Below are positions 13,436 through 26,740 of a stretch of 64,000 nucleotides of DNA, piece after piece. The notes under the pieces are model-generated. The model did not search any database. It was not told where the DNA came from and was given only the letters and a program-made list of their open reading frames with translations. Each line of letters opens with the position of its first letter. The stretch's first letter is position 1. The translations under genes were made by a program, and so were the position numbers. The DNA comes from Rhizophagus irregularis (Eukaryota): positions 4,650,001 through 4,714,000 of the forward strand of contig NC_089431.1 in the NCBI RefSeq assembly GCF_026210795.1. Reading direction: 5' to 3'.

Positions 13436-15823
13436 TCAAAATCCATCTAAAGATAAAAAAATTAACAAATTGGTAAAATAAATAAGATTTCTTTTTAAAG
13501 CGACTAATTAATTAAGAGCTTACCATCAGGAATTTCCAATTCATCTTGTTCTTTTGAATGAAAGTTTGGATTATTATATACTTCGTCTTCATCTATAAGG
13601 AGAAAAAAATAAATAAAATTAAAAAATAATATAAAAATTAAATTATTTTGTCTTTTCATTTTGTGTTGAATTATTTCTTTTTCATCATCTAAATTTTTAA
13701 ATTAAAGCTACATTAAATATTAAATATATTGTCAAAATAATTTTTATTTTTTTTTGCTTACCATCAATATCAATATCTTTCCTTTTCATTTGTTGTTGAA
13801 TTATTTCTTTTCGTCATATTATTTTTAAAAATAAAAGTCACGTTATTTAATAAATGAAACTGATTCAATGTATATTTTTTATTTCACTTAGTATTTACTT
13901 ACTATTTGAATTTATTTGTAACTTTATAAATTCTTTGGGTAATTTTTCTCTATCACCTAAAATTAAGAATATAGATATAGATTTCAATATTTAATCTATT
14001 ATTTCAAACAAATCACCTTTAAAATATTTATTAATTATACTTGATAATTTCTTACTATACTGCTTATTTGATCCATTAAAATCGTTAACTAAAATAAATA
14101 TCAATTATTAAACATTATTATGCAATAATTCAACGCTATAATGTACTTACTATTGTTAGGAATGTTAAAATCATACAATTTACTATGAAACACTATTAAT
14201 AGTAAAATTAAGTATTTCAAAAACTAAATTATTATAGTAACCAAAAAATGGTAAAAATTATTATTTAGCCAGTTATAGTACCTTCTTGTTCTTCTATTAT
14301 AATAAAAGATAACATTAATAATGTATTGTAAAATAAATACATTCATTAATACACTTATACCTTCTGTTGCATTTCTCGGTTCAGGTAGATTTCCAAAGTT
14401 GTGAATTTTACTTGTAAATAATCTGCTACTCGTATAATTTTCTTCTACTTTATTCACTTTTAAATTATCTATTTCTGATTTAAATAATTCATCTGGCATA
14501 TTTTGATAATCTATATTAATTCTTAACATTTTTTTCCCAAGTGCATAAGTGTCAGGCCTTTTTAATGGATTAGCATCCCAACATTCTTTCATTAAATTTT
14601 TATATTCTAATGGAGTTCCTGGCACAATTTTTGGTCTTATACCGTTAATAACATTCATTACAATATCATTTTCATGTTCATAATTTATAAATGGTGGTTG
14701 TCCAGATGAAATTTCCCACATAAGAATTGCGATACTATAAATATCAGATGCAAAAGTATATTCTCTTCCAACAATAACTTCGGGTGCTATGTAAGGAAGA
14801 TTTCCATATATACTTGTTGAAGATTTATCAGCAGGTCCACAAAATCCAAGATCACTAATAAACCACCGATCATTAAATTTTGAATATAATATATTTCCAG
14901 AATGTAAATCTCTATGAACTGCTTTCTCATCATGAATATAACTAAGTGCAAGAATTATTCTATAAGAAATATTAATTCTATCTTTCCATGTAAGTTGATT
15001 ATGATTTTGTCGTAAATATTTTCTTAAATCTATATCCATTTTATTCATTACAAGCATATAATTTCCATTTGATGGATTTTGTGTTAAACCATAACAATTA
15101 ACAACAACTGCCCATTTATTACTTATAGTTAAATGTGATTTAGCCTAAAAGATAATAATTTGTGAAAATACTCATATTAATATAATGACTGTATAATTTT
15201 ATACAATAAATTTAGAATATAATAATACAAACCTCTTCAAACCAACTTTGATTTGCACTTTCAACATTTTCTAATTTTTTAAGCACTATACCATAATTTT
15301 TGAGTCTCATTAATTGTTTTTTTCCAGAATCCCATTCTTCATACGCTCCGTCAATCCAAACTGCTGTATAGATTTCAGAGAATCCACCTTTTGTTAAATA
15401 ATTAATATTTTTCAAATTGTTATATGGAATCCATTCAACTATTTTATTTGGCATGAGTGATTCCGTTTGACATTTCTGTATTAAATTATCAATATCATCA
15501 TTCCCAGATGTCCAATTTGAAAAATTTTCTTTTAAATAATTTCGGACACAATATTCACAATGTAATGTGGCTAAACATTCTTGGTTACAATTTTCACAAA
15601 TTCTTCTTGTACCATCATTATTCATAACTTTATCTCGATCATAATTTTTAGTTAAATTTCTTATTGCTTCAGTTTTTTCATCATTTGTAAGAATTTTATC
15701 AGCAAGGACTGTTTGTTTTTGAAATTCAAATTGTTTGTGTATATCATTGTAAATATTAGCATCTGTTAATGTTATTGCTCTATTATTTGTTGCATAAATT
15801 AATTCATATCGAAGAGTGGACAT
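13436..15823 (-). CDS. TKL-family protein kinase with multi-micro-exon 3' tail (3' end approximate)
   Basis: CENC..CEYC, WTSGNDDIDNLIQ, KGGFSEIY, HRDLHSGN, SDLGFCGP, LPYIAPE. A series of short GT-AG flanked exons from 14293 to about 13436 includes a 12-bp exon at 14282-14293. Confidence 0.8.
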
Positions 15824-16009
15824 AATGTAATTTATAAATTAAGGGAAGAGAAAGAATTATTTTAAGTTCGTTCATTCAAACCGTAATAAATTAATAAAAT
15901 GCAAATTGTTGATCAAACTTCATGTTGTGCGACATAAATTTTTGACCTTTAGGCGTAGTATTTGACGCCTCATGACCATAAAAAAGAAAAATATACCCGA
16001 TATAATAAC

Positions 16010-16242
16010 AGGACCCAGAAATATATATAAAAGGGTCAGGTTTGAGTTTGCGTATTTTGAACTAAAAAAATCATGAAAATCTTTCCTTTTTTAGATAATT
16101 TTTGATAATTTCAGTCAGAATTTTATTTCCTATTATAGTAACCGACTGACATTATCATAATTCCGGCCCTGAAAAAATGCGTACAGCTCATAGTAAAAAA
16201 TTTTTTCATCACCTGACCCCTATATATATATTTCTGGGTCCT
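16010..16242. mobile_element. MITE (hAT- or Mutator-like), about 233 bp
   Basis: TIRs aggacccagaaatatatata..gggtcaggt / acctgacccctatatatatatttctgggtcct. Direct flanks ataataac (8 bp, or 9 bp tataataac with a shifted boundary). Confidence 0.75.
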
Positions 16243-16368
16243 ATAATAACCATATTATCGTACTTTCTATACTTAGTATGATAATTTAAAATTAATAATT
16301 TGCTTTTTATTATTTTTATTTTTTTTTTTCAGCGAATACAATTTTAACAAATTTGATTGTCATACTTA

Positions 16369-16647
16369 GGCCGTTCCAAATTAATAATTAGTTTAACGTC
16401 CTTTCCGGCCAAAAATTTTGAGGGGGGGGGGGGGATAATTTAAACAAACATGAAAATTAAACATATTAAAAATTTCGGAAATTTTCGGTAAAATCGGAAA
16501 TTCTCGGTACTATTAAATTTTAGTAAAGGAGGGGGTGTTTTAAGCATATTTAAACATATCAAACATATATGTTTAAATCACCCTTGAATTTTTCAAAAAT
16601 AGAGGGGGGGGGGAGGACGTTAAACTAAATATTAAATTGGAACGGCC
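16369..16647. mobile_element. PIF/Harbinger (Tourist-like) MITE, 279 bp
   Basis: About 36-bp TIRs ggccgttccaaattaataattagtttaacgtcct / aggacgttaaactaaatattaaattggaacggcc. TTA on both sides (16366-16368 and 16648-16650). Confidence 0.8.
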
Positions 16648-17779
16648 TTAATGAATTAGATAGTATCTTTATTATTATTCAAATAATTTGATAAAAAAAA
16701 ATTATTAATTTGTTATTATTTTTAAATCTTATTTAAAAAATCAATAAAAACATGATTGATGAAAATTCAATTTTAGTTATTTTCAATTGAATTTATTTTA
16801 AATAAACAAAGTGACGAATAATGAACATGAAAAATTATAAGAAAGCATTCAATTTATTAATTCTACTAAAAAAGTCATATCTAGGAGAAGATGGTGGATC
16901 GCAAATATAGGTTTAAATAAAAATATATGGTTTAATATAAAAAATAAGTTTAACAGTGAATGAAAAGTAATGATTACGTAACGTCGTAACGATTTAGTGT
17001 AATAATAAATAAGGAATAGATCAGACGCAAGTATGTCACGCCTGTCACGGGTTCTCATAGGCACGCAGGCACGGGTTTTCATGTTACACAATTCAAATTA
17101 TTTGTATGGAGACTATTCTAAACGGCAGACTATATTAATTATTTTCATTTTCTTATTTTCTTAGCAACTGATTAATATTCTAGTACATCAATGATACGAA
17201 GCGTGTGACGGTATATGGTTCCTAAGATATTGATTTAAACCCCATATAATTAAAGAAATCTGACATATATAGTTTTTTATCAATTAACAAAGTTATTTAT
17301 GAGTTTATCACCTTTCAAATTTGAAACAAGAAGCGATCATAATTTAATTAATTTACCTCATTAAACATTCTAAATAGTATAAGGGAAAAGCCAAACAGTA
17401 ATACTAAATTTAATAATCTTTATAAAATTTTAACGATAAATTATGTATTTTGATTCGATTATTCTTTTACTGCAAATTATTTATTTAGATGGAATTGTTG
17501 GAGACGTGAGCCAAATGAAAGACCAAAGTAATTAAAGTAATTTCAGAAAAAGTCTCAGTATTGTTCCTGAAATAAATAACAATTCTCGAGTAAGAATTAG
17601 AATGTGATAAACATGATCGTTAGATTATTAGAATATCATATTTCAAATACATTTTATTATTTTATTTTCATTTCTTTTGACGTAATTAATTGAATCAACT
17701 AAAAAATATACAAGTATAATTAAAAATATGAAATTGTTTTAAAAGGATATGGCTCATTTTTTACAATAACTTTGAAATA

Positions 17780-18175
17780 TTGATAAATGTTCGTTCGTTA
17801 CACATGTATTCATACATGCGAAAAAATCAACCGTACAATACATGATGCTTTCTATATACCCCAAGCAGCCATATAAATTTTACTAAATCCTCCCTCAGCA
17901 ATAAATTTTATATTTTTTGAATTGATCATAAGGAACAAACTCCATTTTACTTGTCATAGCAACACCATCACTTTGAGTATACCTAATAAAATCGTCAATG
18001 ACTTTGTTTCCAATTTTTTAGGCTTGAGTATTGTCTTTATATTGTAACAAATGTAACAAATTTGGTGACTTTCGTATAAAATTATTCTTTTCTTAATTAC
18101 ATTCATTACATTTCTTATATTTTTTGTTAACTTTGGTTTGGTTTTGCTGACTTGAGGACATGTCGTCTGATAATA
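17780..18175 (-). pseudogene. Decayed 5' part of a TKL kinase paralogous to the 9098-11010 gene
   Basis: The plus-strand segment tactaaatcctccctcagcaataaattttatatttttgaattgatcataaggaacaaactccatttt matches 10671-10738 (EFVxYDQFKNIxFIAEGGFSKIY). Frameshifts and stops present. Confidence 0.7.
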
Positions 18176-20607
18176 AAGATTCAATTTTATGTAATTTTTT
18201 TTTTTTTGAAAACAAATTAGATTATTTTTATTTTTCGGGGCACTTAAGAATGATATCCCATTTATAAATGTATTTTGAGTAATAAATTCTACACACAATT
18301 TCTCGTAAAATTTTCTAACGGAAAAAATTAAATAACTAACCTGAAACGTGTATTAAAGAATTCTCTCATGCACAATGTAGGATACCTATAATTCCGACAA
18401 GTAAAAAGGTTGTCCTTAATAATATCGTTTTTTTTTGTGAAACAATTGTTTGTTCATTTAAAGAAGTTGCAGTAAAAAATCAATTTTTTTAGAGTAACTA
18501 ACGCCATGCTTATCACTCGTTATAGTAAAAGTGTTAAAAGTGAAGTTATCATTCTTGCTTTAATGTGTCTCATAGCATGTGATTTCTTCTGATGGAAATT
18601 CATTCTTTCCCAAGGTGTAGTGGATTTTTCTGAGTTCGGATAAAAGGCTCCTTGTTAAATAAGTAATTTATCAAAAATTTTTGTACAAATCAACCTTATT
18701 ATTTCGTAAAAAAATTGATCGAGCATACAATACATGTGGGCGTAATTATTTCAGATAACAAGGAACCCAATTCACCCCATGTATACGAACATAGCTTGCA
18801 AAAAAGTGAAAAAATTAAAATTATTTATTATAATAAACTATTAAGGTATTACATTTCGCTATAATAGTTGTCAATATTTTTTAAATAGTTTTACAAATAT
18901 TATTAATATTAACAAGTTTTCGGTATATATACTGTAGGTTCGGCATAACCAGTGGGCGACTGTATTCAATTGATTTTTTCAAGAGATATAAATAAATTAA
19001 TCGAAGGTATATTTGGTGATATTAATGATAAACAAATCTTTATTATCATTTTTAACTCTAAAGATTTATATTATAATTTGCCTTGAGGATATAATTCTTG
19101 AATTATCAAAAATCTTTTATATTGAATTTTGTGTGGGAAATAAATTTTTGAAATATTTTAACCGTAATATTACGCAGGTTTACAGTTTTCCACGAGATGT
19201 ATTGCTGGAATGATCCGAAATTACTTTCCTTGAGCGAATTAGAAAGAAGAGTATAGAATCTGAAAATTTAAAAGCCTTTCATTGGTGTCAAAAAGCAGCA
19301 AAAATTCAGTTTCGAAGATAAATTACAATGTTAATATAATGTAAGTGCTATTTATTTTCTCTCACAAAATATTTGAGAGAAAATAAATTTAAACACGATA
19401 ATTCTTATTATTCTAATTCTTTGAGAATTATTGAACTTTGTAATTGCGCTTCAATTATTCAAACAATTTCGATTCTTATTAATCTAGCGGAATTAAAAAT
19501 TTGTTTTCATAGTTTGTTTAAAATGAAAATAGTGTTGACGTTAATAATTTAAAAGAAATTTATTTACTAAAACTCGAAATTCTTTCTTTACTGAATTTTA
19601 TTACTTTATCACTACCGTTAATTGAATTATATTTTCATACAATTAAAATAACTTGTTCAAATATTAAAGTTTTAACAGTGTGATAGCAACAAAATTTGAT
19701 AATATATTTTACCAAAAAAATTGGCTGTAAATCATCATCCTCCTTATTCATTTAATTGATGAATGGAAAATTTCTAATTTGGAAATTGAAACTTTCTCAA
19801 TATGAAAGAAATGAAAAAAAAATAAATTTTTTTTAAAAAAAGGTAACGTTTATTATATTTATATTATTCTAAACAACAATATAAATATAAACCATGTAAT
19901 GATACTTTTTGATAAATCAGAATACTCTTTCTTTCATCTTATAATAAAAAAAAATTCCAAATATATTGTTGGAATGATTGTGATAGGAATCATTTATTCA
20001 ATTTTATTCAAATAACGTAAAAAAAAATTTATCATGATTTTCTTTCTATGAAAAAAGTTGTATATATTTTAATAATAGAACCGAAAATAATTATGTGACT
20101 TATAATATTTTTAATTGAAAATAATAATACAAATTATAGTATTTTTCAATATACCTTCAGGACTAGGGAGTTTATCTTCGTTATCTTCGAATGGAAGTTG
20201 ACCATCTAAAGAGTTAAAAATAATAAAAAAATTGATTTCAAGTCTAACAAACTTAACTATTTCGTATGTAAGACTAAAGTTAAAAAAAAGAATCATAATT
20301 TTTTTTTTTTTTGATAATCTCTTAACAGATTTATTTTTTTATGGAAAAAAAATTATCTTAAATCTTGCAAATAATAAATTTTAACGATGACGTCTATATG
20401 TAAATTACTGCGGTACTGCTGCGGTACTGCGGTACCATGGCGACTTTTTTGTTTGGTAATACTAAAAATCACGCTGTACGTTGTGCGACTATTCGGAGAA
20501 AAAAAATTAATATAATAGGCATACACAATAAAACTTTAACAATTTTTACTTTCATTTTTTAACTTTCTGTTAGCTTATTATTATTCAATACGTTCGATAA
20601 TATCAAA

Positions 20608-22800
20608 ATGCAAGATACCGAAAATATAAATAATACAAATGAATGGATTAATTGGATTGAGGAAGCTGTTGATAAAGAATATTTAAAATTTTATGAATAT
20701 GAAGAATTTAATAATATTCAACATATTGGTACTGGAGGTTTCGGAAACGTATATCGTGCAAATTGGAAAAATTCAGGAAAACTAGTTGCATTAAAATCAT
20801 TTATTAGTCTTAATAACTTCACCATGAAAGAAATCGTTCGTGAGGTATTTTAATGCAGTATAATACATTTTTTTTCGTCTATGAATTTTTATCTAATATA
20901 TTTATTTCAAATATATATATATATATATATTTTATTCAGTTAAAAATTCAACGCAAAGTTGATTTCCATGATAACATTATTAGTTGCTATGGAGTAACAA
21001 AACTTGAGTTAGGTATTATTAACATCACCTTGATAAATATAATATTCTTTTAATCGCAAAATTTTACAAAAATTTATTTAGTAATTACTTCTTTTATTCA
21101 TTAGAAAATCATAATAATTATCGGTTAGTATTGGAATACGCCGACGGTGGTACTCTTCGAAGTTATTTAAAGAAAAATTTTAACAAGCTTACTTGGGATG
21201 ACAAATATAATATGGCATACCAGTTATCTTGTGCCGTATCATGCTTGCATAATGAAAAAATAGTGCATCGTGATTTGGTAATTTATTTAACATCATTAAT
21301 CATAATGTATTTGTATTATTAATTAAAAAAAAATTGAATATACAGTATATATGTTTTTTTAATAGCACTCCTGTAATATACTAGTCCGTAATAACACAAT
21401 CAAATTAGCAGATTTTGGATTATCTAAAAGAATTGGAGCATCATCTAATCTTCAATCTAAATTATTTGGTGTGGTTCCTTATGTCGATCCAAAAAGCTTT
21501 AGTAGACGAAGAAATAATAATAATCAATCAACACAAATGTTCTCATTAAATGAAAAAAGTGATATTTATAGTATAGGCGTATTATTTTGGGAAATATCTA
21601 GTGGTCAACCTCCTTTCTATGTTGAGGATGAAGAATATGATGTTGGTTTAGCTGTGGAAATTTCGCAAGGTCTTAGAGAAACTGTTGTTCCTGATACTCC
21701 TGAAGAATATATTAAAATTTATACCGGTGAGTAATATTTTAATTTTTAAATTTTATATTCTAAATATTATTAATTCTAAATTATGTTTGGTTTTAGAATG
21801 TTGGGATGGGGAACCAGATAATCGTCCAACTATATATCAAGTAGTTGATTGGCTAAATGCAATAATTACAAAATCAGATGTAATAGTAGATAACCATCAA
21901 ATGTCAAATGAACAAGAAAATGATTTTTTTATAAGTACTAATAATTTAGAATTACGAGATTTATCTCAACTTATTCAAAATTTTGATAAAATGAATACTA
22001 AAGAAATTGATTCTATGGCAATATCAAGTAAACAAGAAAATCTTTCAACTGAAAAAGATTTTAATATTATAGTTGATGAAATAAATGATTTTATTTATAA
22101 ATTAGAAAATAAAGGAATTGGATGGAAATTAGAAAAGCAACAAACTATTGAATATTTAAATAATCATAATTTAAATTCACAAGAATTTTATAATTGGTTA
22201 TTAAATAATCAAAATAGTTCAAATTCTATTTTTATTCTTGGATATTTTAATTTTTATGGAATTATAACAAATGAAAATGATGATAAAGCATTTAATTTGT
22301 TTATTAATGCATCAGAAAAAAATCATACATTAGCACAATTATTTGTTGGTTCGTGTTATGAACGTGGACATGGAACTATAAAAAATGAAAAATTAGCTTA
22401 TAAATATTATGAAAAAGCTGCGAATAATGGAAGTATAGATGCAGTGTATAATCTTAGTATTTTATGTAAAGATGGAATTGGTGTTGAAAAAGATTATAAT
22501 AAAGCTTTTGAATTGTTTAAACAATCAGCTGAAGAAGAACATATAATGGGATTAATGATGTTGGGATATTGTTATGATGAAGGTATTGGAACTAAAATTG
22601 ATAAACAAAAAGCATTTGAATCATATCAAAATGCTGCAAATTTAGGACAAGATGTAGCACAAAATAATCTTGCTGTATTGTATGAAGAAGGAGATGGAAT
22701 TGCAAAAGATATAGATAAAGCGATTTATTGGTATGAAAAATCTGCCAAACAAGGATATGAGTTAGCAAAAAATAATTTAAAAAGACTTCAAAAAAAATAA
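20608..22800 (+). CDS. TKL kinase-Sel1 repeat protein (5 exons)
   Basis: IGTGGFGNVY, VALK, HRDL|HSCN, KLADFGLSK, PYVDPK, CWDGEPDNRP, followed by about five Sel1 repeats. Confidence 0.9.
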
Positions 22801-24569
22801 GTTTTTTAATAAACTTTTCTCATTCAAATTTTAAAATTTTAGATCATTAGTTTACAGTATTTATTTTTATAAAAATTTACAAAATAGTAAATACATTGCC
22901 CTAAAATAATGATAGTTAAAATTTTTACCTATTTTATTATATATACTTTCTTTTATAATTAAACATAATCGTAAGAAGACATTTTCGATCTAACATATCT
23001 ATTAATAATGGAAGTACATTGAGACTTATCGCGAACCTTCTATTTTTCAACGGATTTTCTTTTTATCAACTACAACAAATTATAGCCAATAAAAAAAATG
23101 AATAAATTTGGCAAGAAATTTATTAATCAGAATTTTTTTATTTATAATATAATAATTGAAATACTTTATTTATTATTATCTATAAAATTATCCTGATTTT
23201 CTATTCCATCTATTATAAAATGGTATAGTCTTCTTTTTTTTTAATAGGTCCATTTGATAGTTTTTTTTTTGATAACTGAAGGTCCCATATAAAAAAATGA
23301 ACACTACATTTCTTTAAAACCCTTATAAGTATTATTTTTACTAAGACCTTTTTTAACTAAAATTTTTAATGATCGCTTCTTTTTTTCAAAATTAGAATTT
23401 ACAAAATCATCATAACTCTAAATTAATGCAACTATAACTAATTATAGTGAGATATTGAGAAATTCTTTTACAAAAAGAAGAATAAAGACATGAATATTTG
23501 AATTTATAAAAACACTTTTTAGAGAAAATAAATTAAAAATAGGAAACGATTTCCAATTTTATTTGAATTTTTTCGAGTCAACTTTTTTTTATTATGAAAT
23601 AAATTAAAAATGGTATGTGATTTCATAATGGTGTAGTTAGCCGAAAAACGGAGCCTAATTCCTGATTGCCGATCATCCGGACCCGGTTTAATCGCAAAAA
23701 ATCCCTTGGAATTCCACAACGATCTAGGCCTGAGCCGGGTCCAGATCATGTTGCGGCTAGTTATTTTTCGATTAACTACACTATTATGGTGATAAACCTT
23801 TTCTAACAAAGAAAAAATTTCATCTATACTAATAGCAAGTTGCCTTAGTCCCTGACAGGGCGTTTCTAAACTGTTTAATGTGAGACAATAACTTGAAATG
23901 AACAATACCAATAAATAACTATACATTGTATTAAGAAATGTTAAATTTTGTATTTATAAAATAAATGTTTTGGTGAAATCATATAGTTTGCCAAACCATT
24001 GATAAATCCACCATCTAATCCTTTGGATTTGACTTGACATAATACAGATACTGCTGATGACATTTTTTTTTTCTTTCTTAAAAAAAACATTCTAAAGCAG
24101 AATGAATTGTATTATTTTTTTTAATTACTAGCAGTCACCTGTTGCTTCTCACTGGGACCAATGAGTTTGTTTAAATAGAAAAATTTAGTAAGGGTCATCA
24201 TCACCATCAAATTAAAAGAAATAATTTAATAAAAGTTTATTATTATCCATAAGATTATAATGTTTGTTACTAATCTTACCAACATTTTCAACACTGGAAT
24301 TTTTACAAAATGAATTATTGGTTCCGACCATTCCCTATAAAAATTTTTAATGATCACATGTTCGAGTTTCTTATGAATAAAAACTAGAAAAATGATCATT
24401 CATCGGATTTTTCCCAGAATTTTTTTTATAGAGATTATGTTTAGATGATAGGAACAAAATTATCTTATTTGTAACATAGATTTTAAAAAAGGAATTAAAA
24501 CTAATGTAATATTTTATCCCAACTTAATACGAAATTTCAACTAGGGGTAGTATTACTATCATCATAGTA

Positions 24570-25096
24570 CACAGTGAAATTCGATAAACCGGATCTATCG
24601 GTTCCACTAAAAATATCCGGTTTATCGGGATATCCGGTTTAGCGAAAAAATTTCGATATATTGAAAATCTATTTAATATATTGAATTTTTAAAAAATTTT
24701 CATGCTAATAAAACTAATATACACTATAATTTGATTTTTTCATCTGGTTTTAAGTTATAGAGGTCATGAAAATGAATATAAAATATTTTAATTGAATATA
24801 TAAGTAATACTTAACTTCATCCGGAATTAAGATTTTTATAATTCCGGCCAAATTTAAGATTTACCGAATCACGTTACTTAAATTTTATTGGTTCCCAGTC
24901 ACGTGATCCGGTTTATCGAATCATTTTTACTATAGCTGGTTAGAAAATTGATCCGTTATAGCGAATATCGAGCTTTTACTAGTGAACTCCGGTATATCGA
25001 GCCTATTTTAATATACGTGATTTGGTTCCAGCAAAAAAGTCCGGTTTAGGCCCAAATCCGGTTTATCGAATATCCGGTTTATCGAATTTCACTGTG
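24570..25096. mobile_element. Tc1/mariner (pogo-like) non-autonomous element, 527 bp
   Basis: Perfect TIRs cacagtgaaattcgataaaccggat / atccggtttatcgaatttcactgtg, flanked by TA on both sides. Many internal atccggtttatcg copies. Confidence 0.85.
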
Positions 25097-26740
25097 TAAT
25101 TACTTACATTTTGGGCTTTTCTTTTATTAGGAAAAAAATGATTATTCAAAATCAGAATATTTCAAATTGTTGCTTGCTTCGACACGTGGCGTTAGTAATT
25201 GATCAGCCATTAAGTACTAGAATTAGAGAATCCTAAATGCATTAAATTTACAATAGAGTCAATTTCGGGACGATTCTAGATTTCTAGCCCAAATACCAAT
25301 AATAATATTAATTAATCATTTTTTCTCAGTAGGAAAGTTGTTTGGAATAAAAATATTTTCTGCTAAAGGTAGGAGGATTATCGTAACTTTCATAATGAGC
25401 AGGTATAATTGTTCCAGCAAGCAGCAAGTAGAAAATCAATTTTAGCAAGCTGCGCAATCATGCGTCGATTTCACGCCCGATCATATCAAAAAAAAAATGA
25501 CGTTAAAAAAGGTGCATGTGGAAGGGTAAATTTTCTTCAAAATAATATTATTGTGTGATAACAATTTTTATTCTAAATACTAAATATATATACGTAGGTG
25601 AAATACTAGTGTAATTGGATTATTCTTTATTTAATGTATTTTCTAGATTAGCGAATAAGATTTTAAAAGCTAGAACTTTCATTTATGTTATTTTACAAAG
25701 TATTGAACAATTAATTTCTTTATATCATGCAAAAGTAACCTGGAAATTTTTTTTTAATTAAATAGTTTCCCCTTAAGAGGTTTATATTTGGCTATATTTT
25801 GAAACCCAAAAACCGGACCAGGATCAGAATTCTTTATGTAATTGCGTTTCCACATTTTTATTTTTAAAGTTTTTATTATTTTGATATTTTAATATAGAAT
25901 TCATTATATATTTTTTAGTAAAAATGTTTATATATAATAATCAAATACTAAAATTTTATTATTGTAAAACAAATTTATTTTATCATTATTTTATTAATTT
26001 CGTTGATAAATTAGATTTTCTATAATTTATCATATATTATTAGTATAATTTTCTTATACATATAATAATCATATGTCAAAAATTAATTATGCTTTCGATA
26101 TAAAGATGACTTATTATATTTAATTAATAATATATCAAAACAAAAACAAACTATTAATCATTAATAATATCAGATGAGTCAATTCAAATAACATATGACT
26201 GAAATACAAAACTGTTAATACAGTTAAAAAGAGTAATAATTGGTCGATTAATAAATGACAAAAATTAAATCATTGCTGGCTAATAATGTAATTGTGGCTT
26301 GTAAATTGTAATATGTAGTCAATGTGAAGTCATAATGATATAACTTTAGTAAGTATATATTATGACTAATATGCATACTTTTACTTCATTAGGAAATATT
26401 ACTATGTTATTATAGTATGAGTAAGACCAATTATTCATAAAAACTCATGATTTATAATTTGTAGGCAGTATGACTTGAATTGACATATTGATGTGAATAA
26501 TCTTGAATCAAAAACTGTTATAGCTGCAGTCATAGTTACATTTTTTTTTACATCATTAGACTCATATCACATGATGAGAAAAATAATATAAAAGAGGACT
26601 ATTTTGAATTCCGAATTTTTTAGAATATAAAAATCAAAAATAATTTTAAATCCTCAAGAACGCTTAATTTTTTAATAAATTATTAAAAAAAGAACGCTTA
26701 AATTTACGCTTAATTTTTAAATTTATTAAAAAAAAAAACA

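Noticed and set aside
19330..20300. Possible degenerate minus-strand gene
   Set aside because: Only fragmentary frames with no motif I can assign.
23519..23926. 135-aa minus-strand ORF over a GC-richer patch
   Set aside because: No domain similarity, and composition resembles noncoding DNA.
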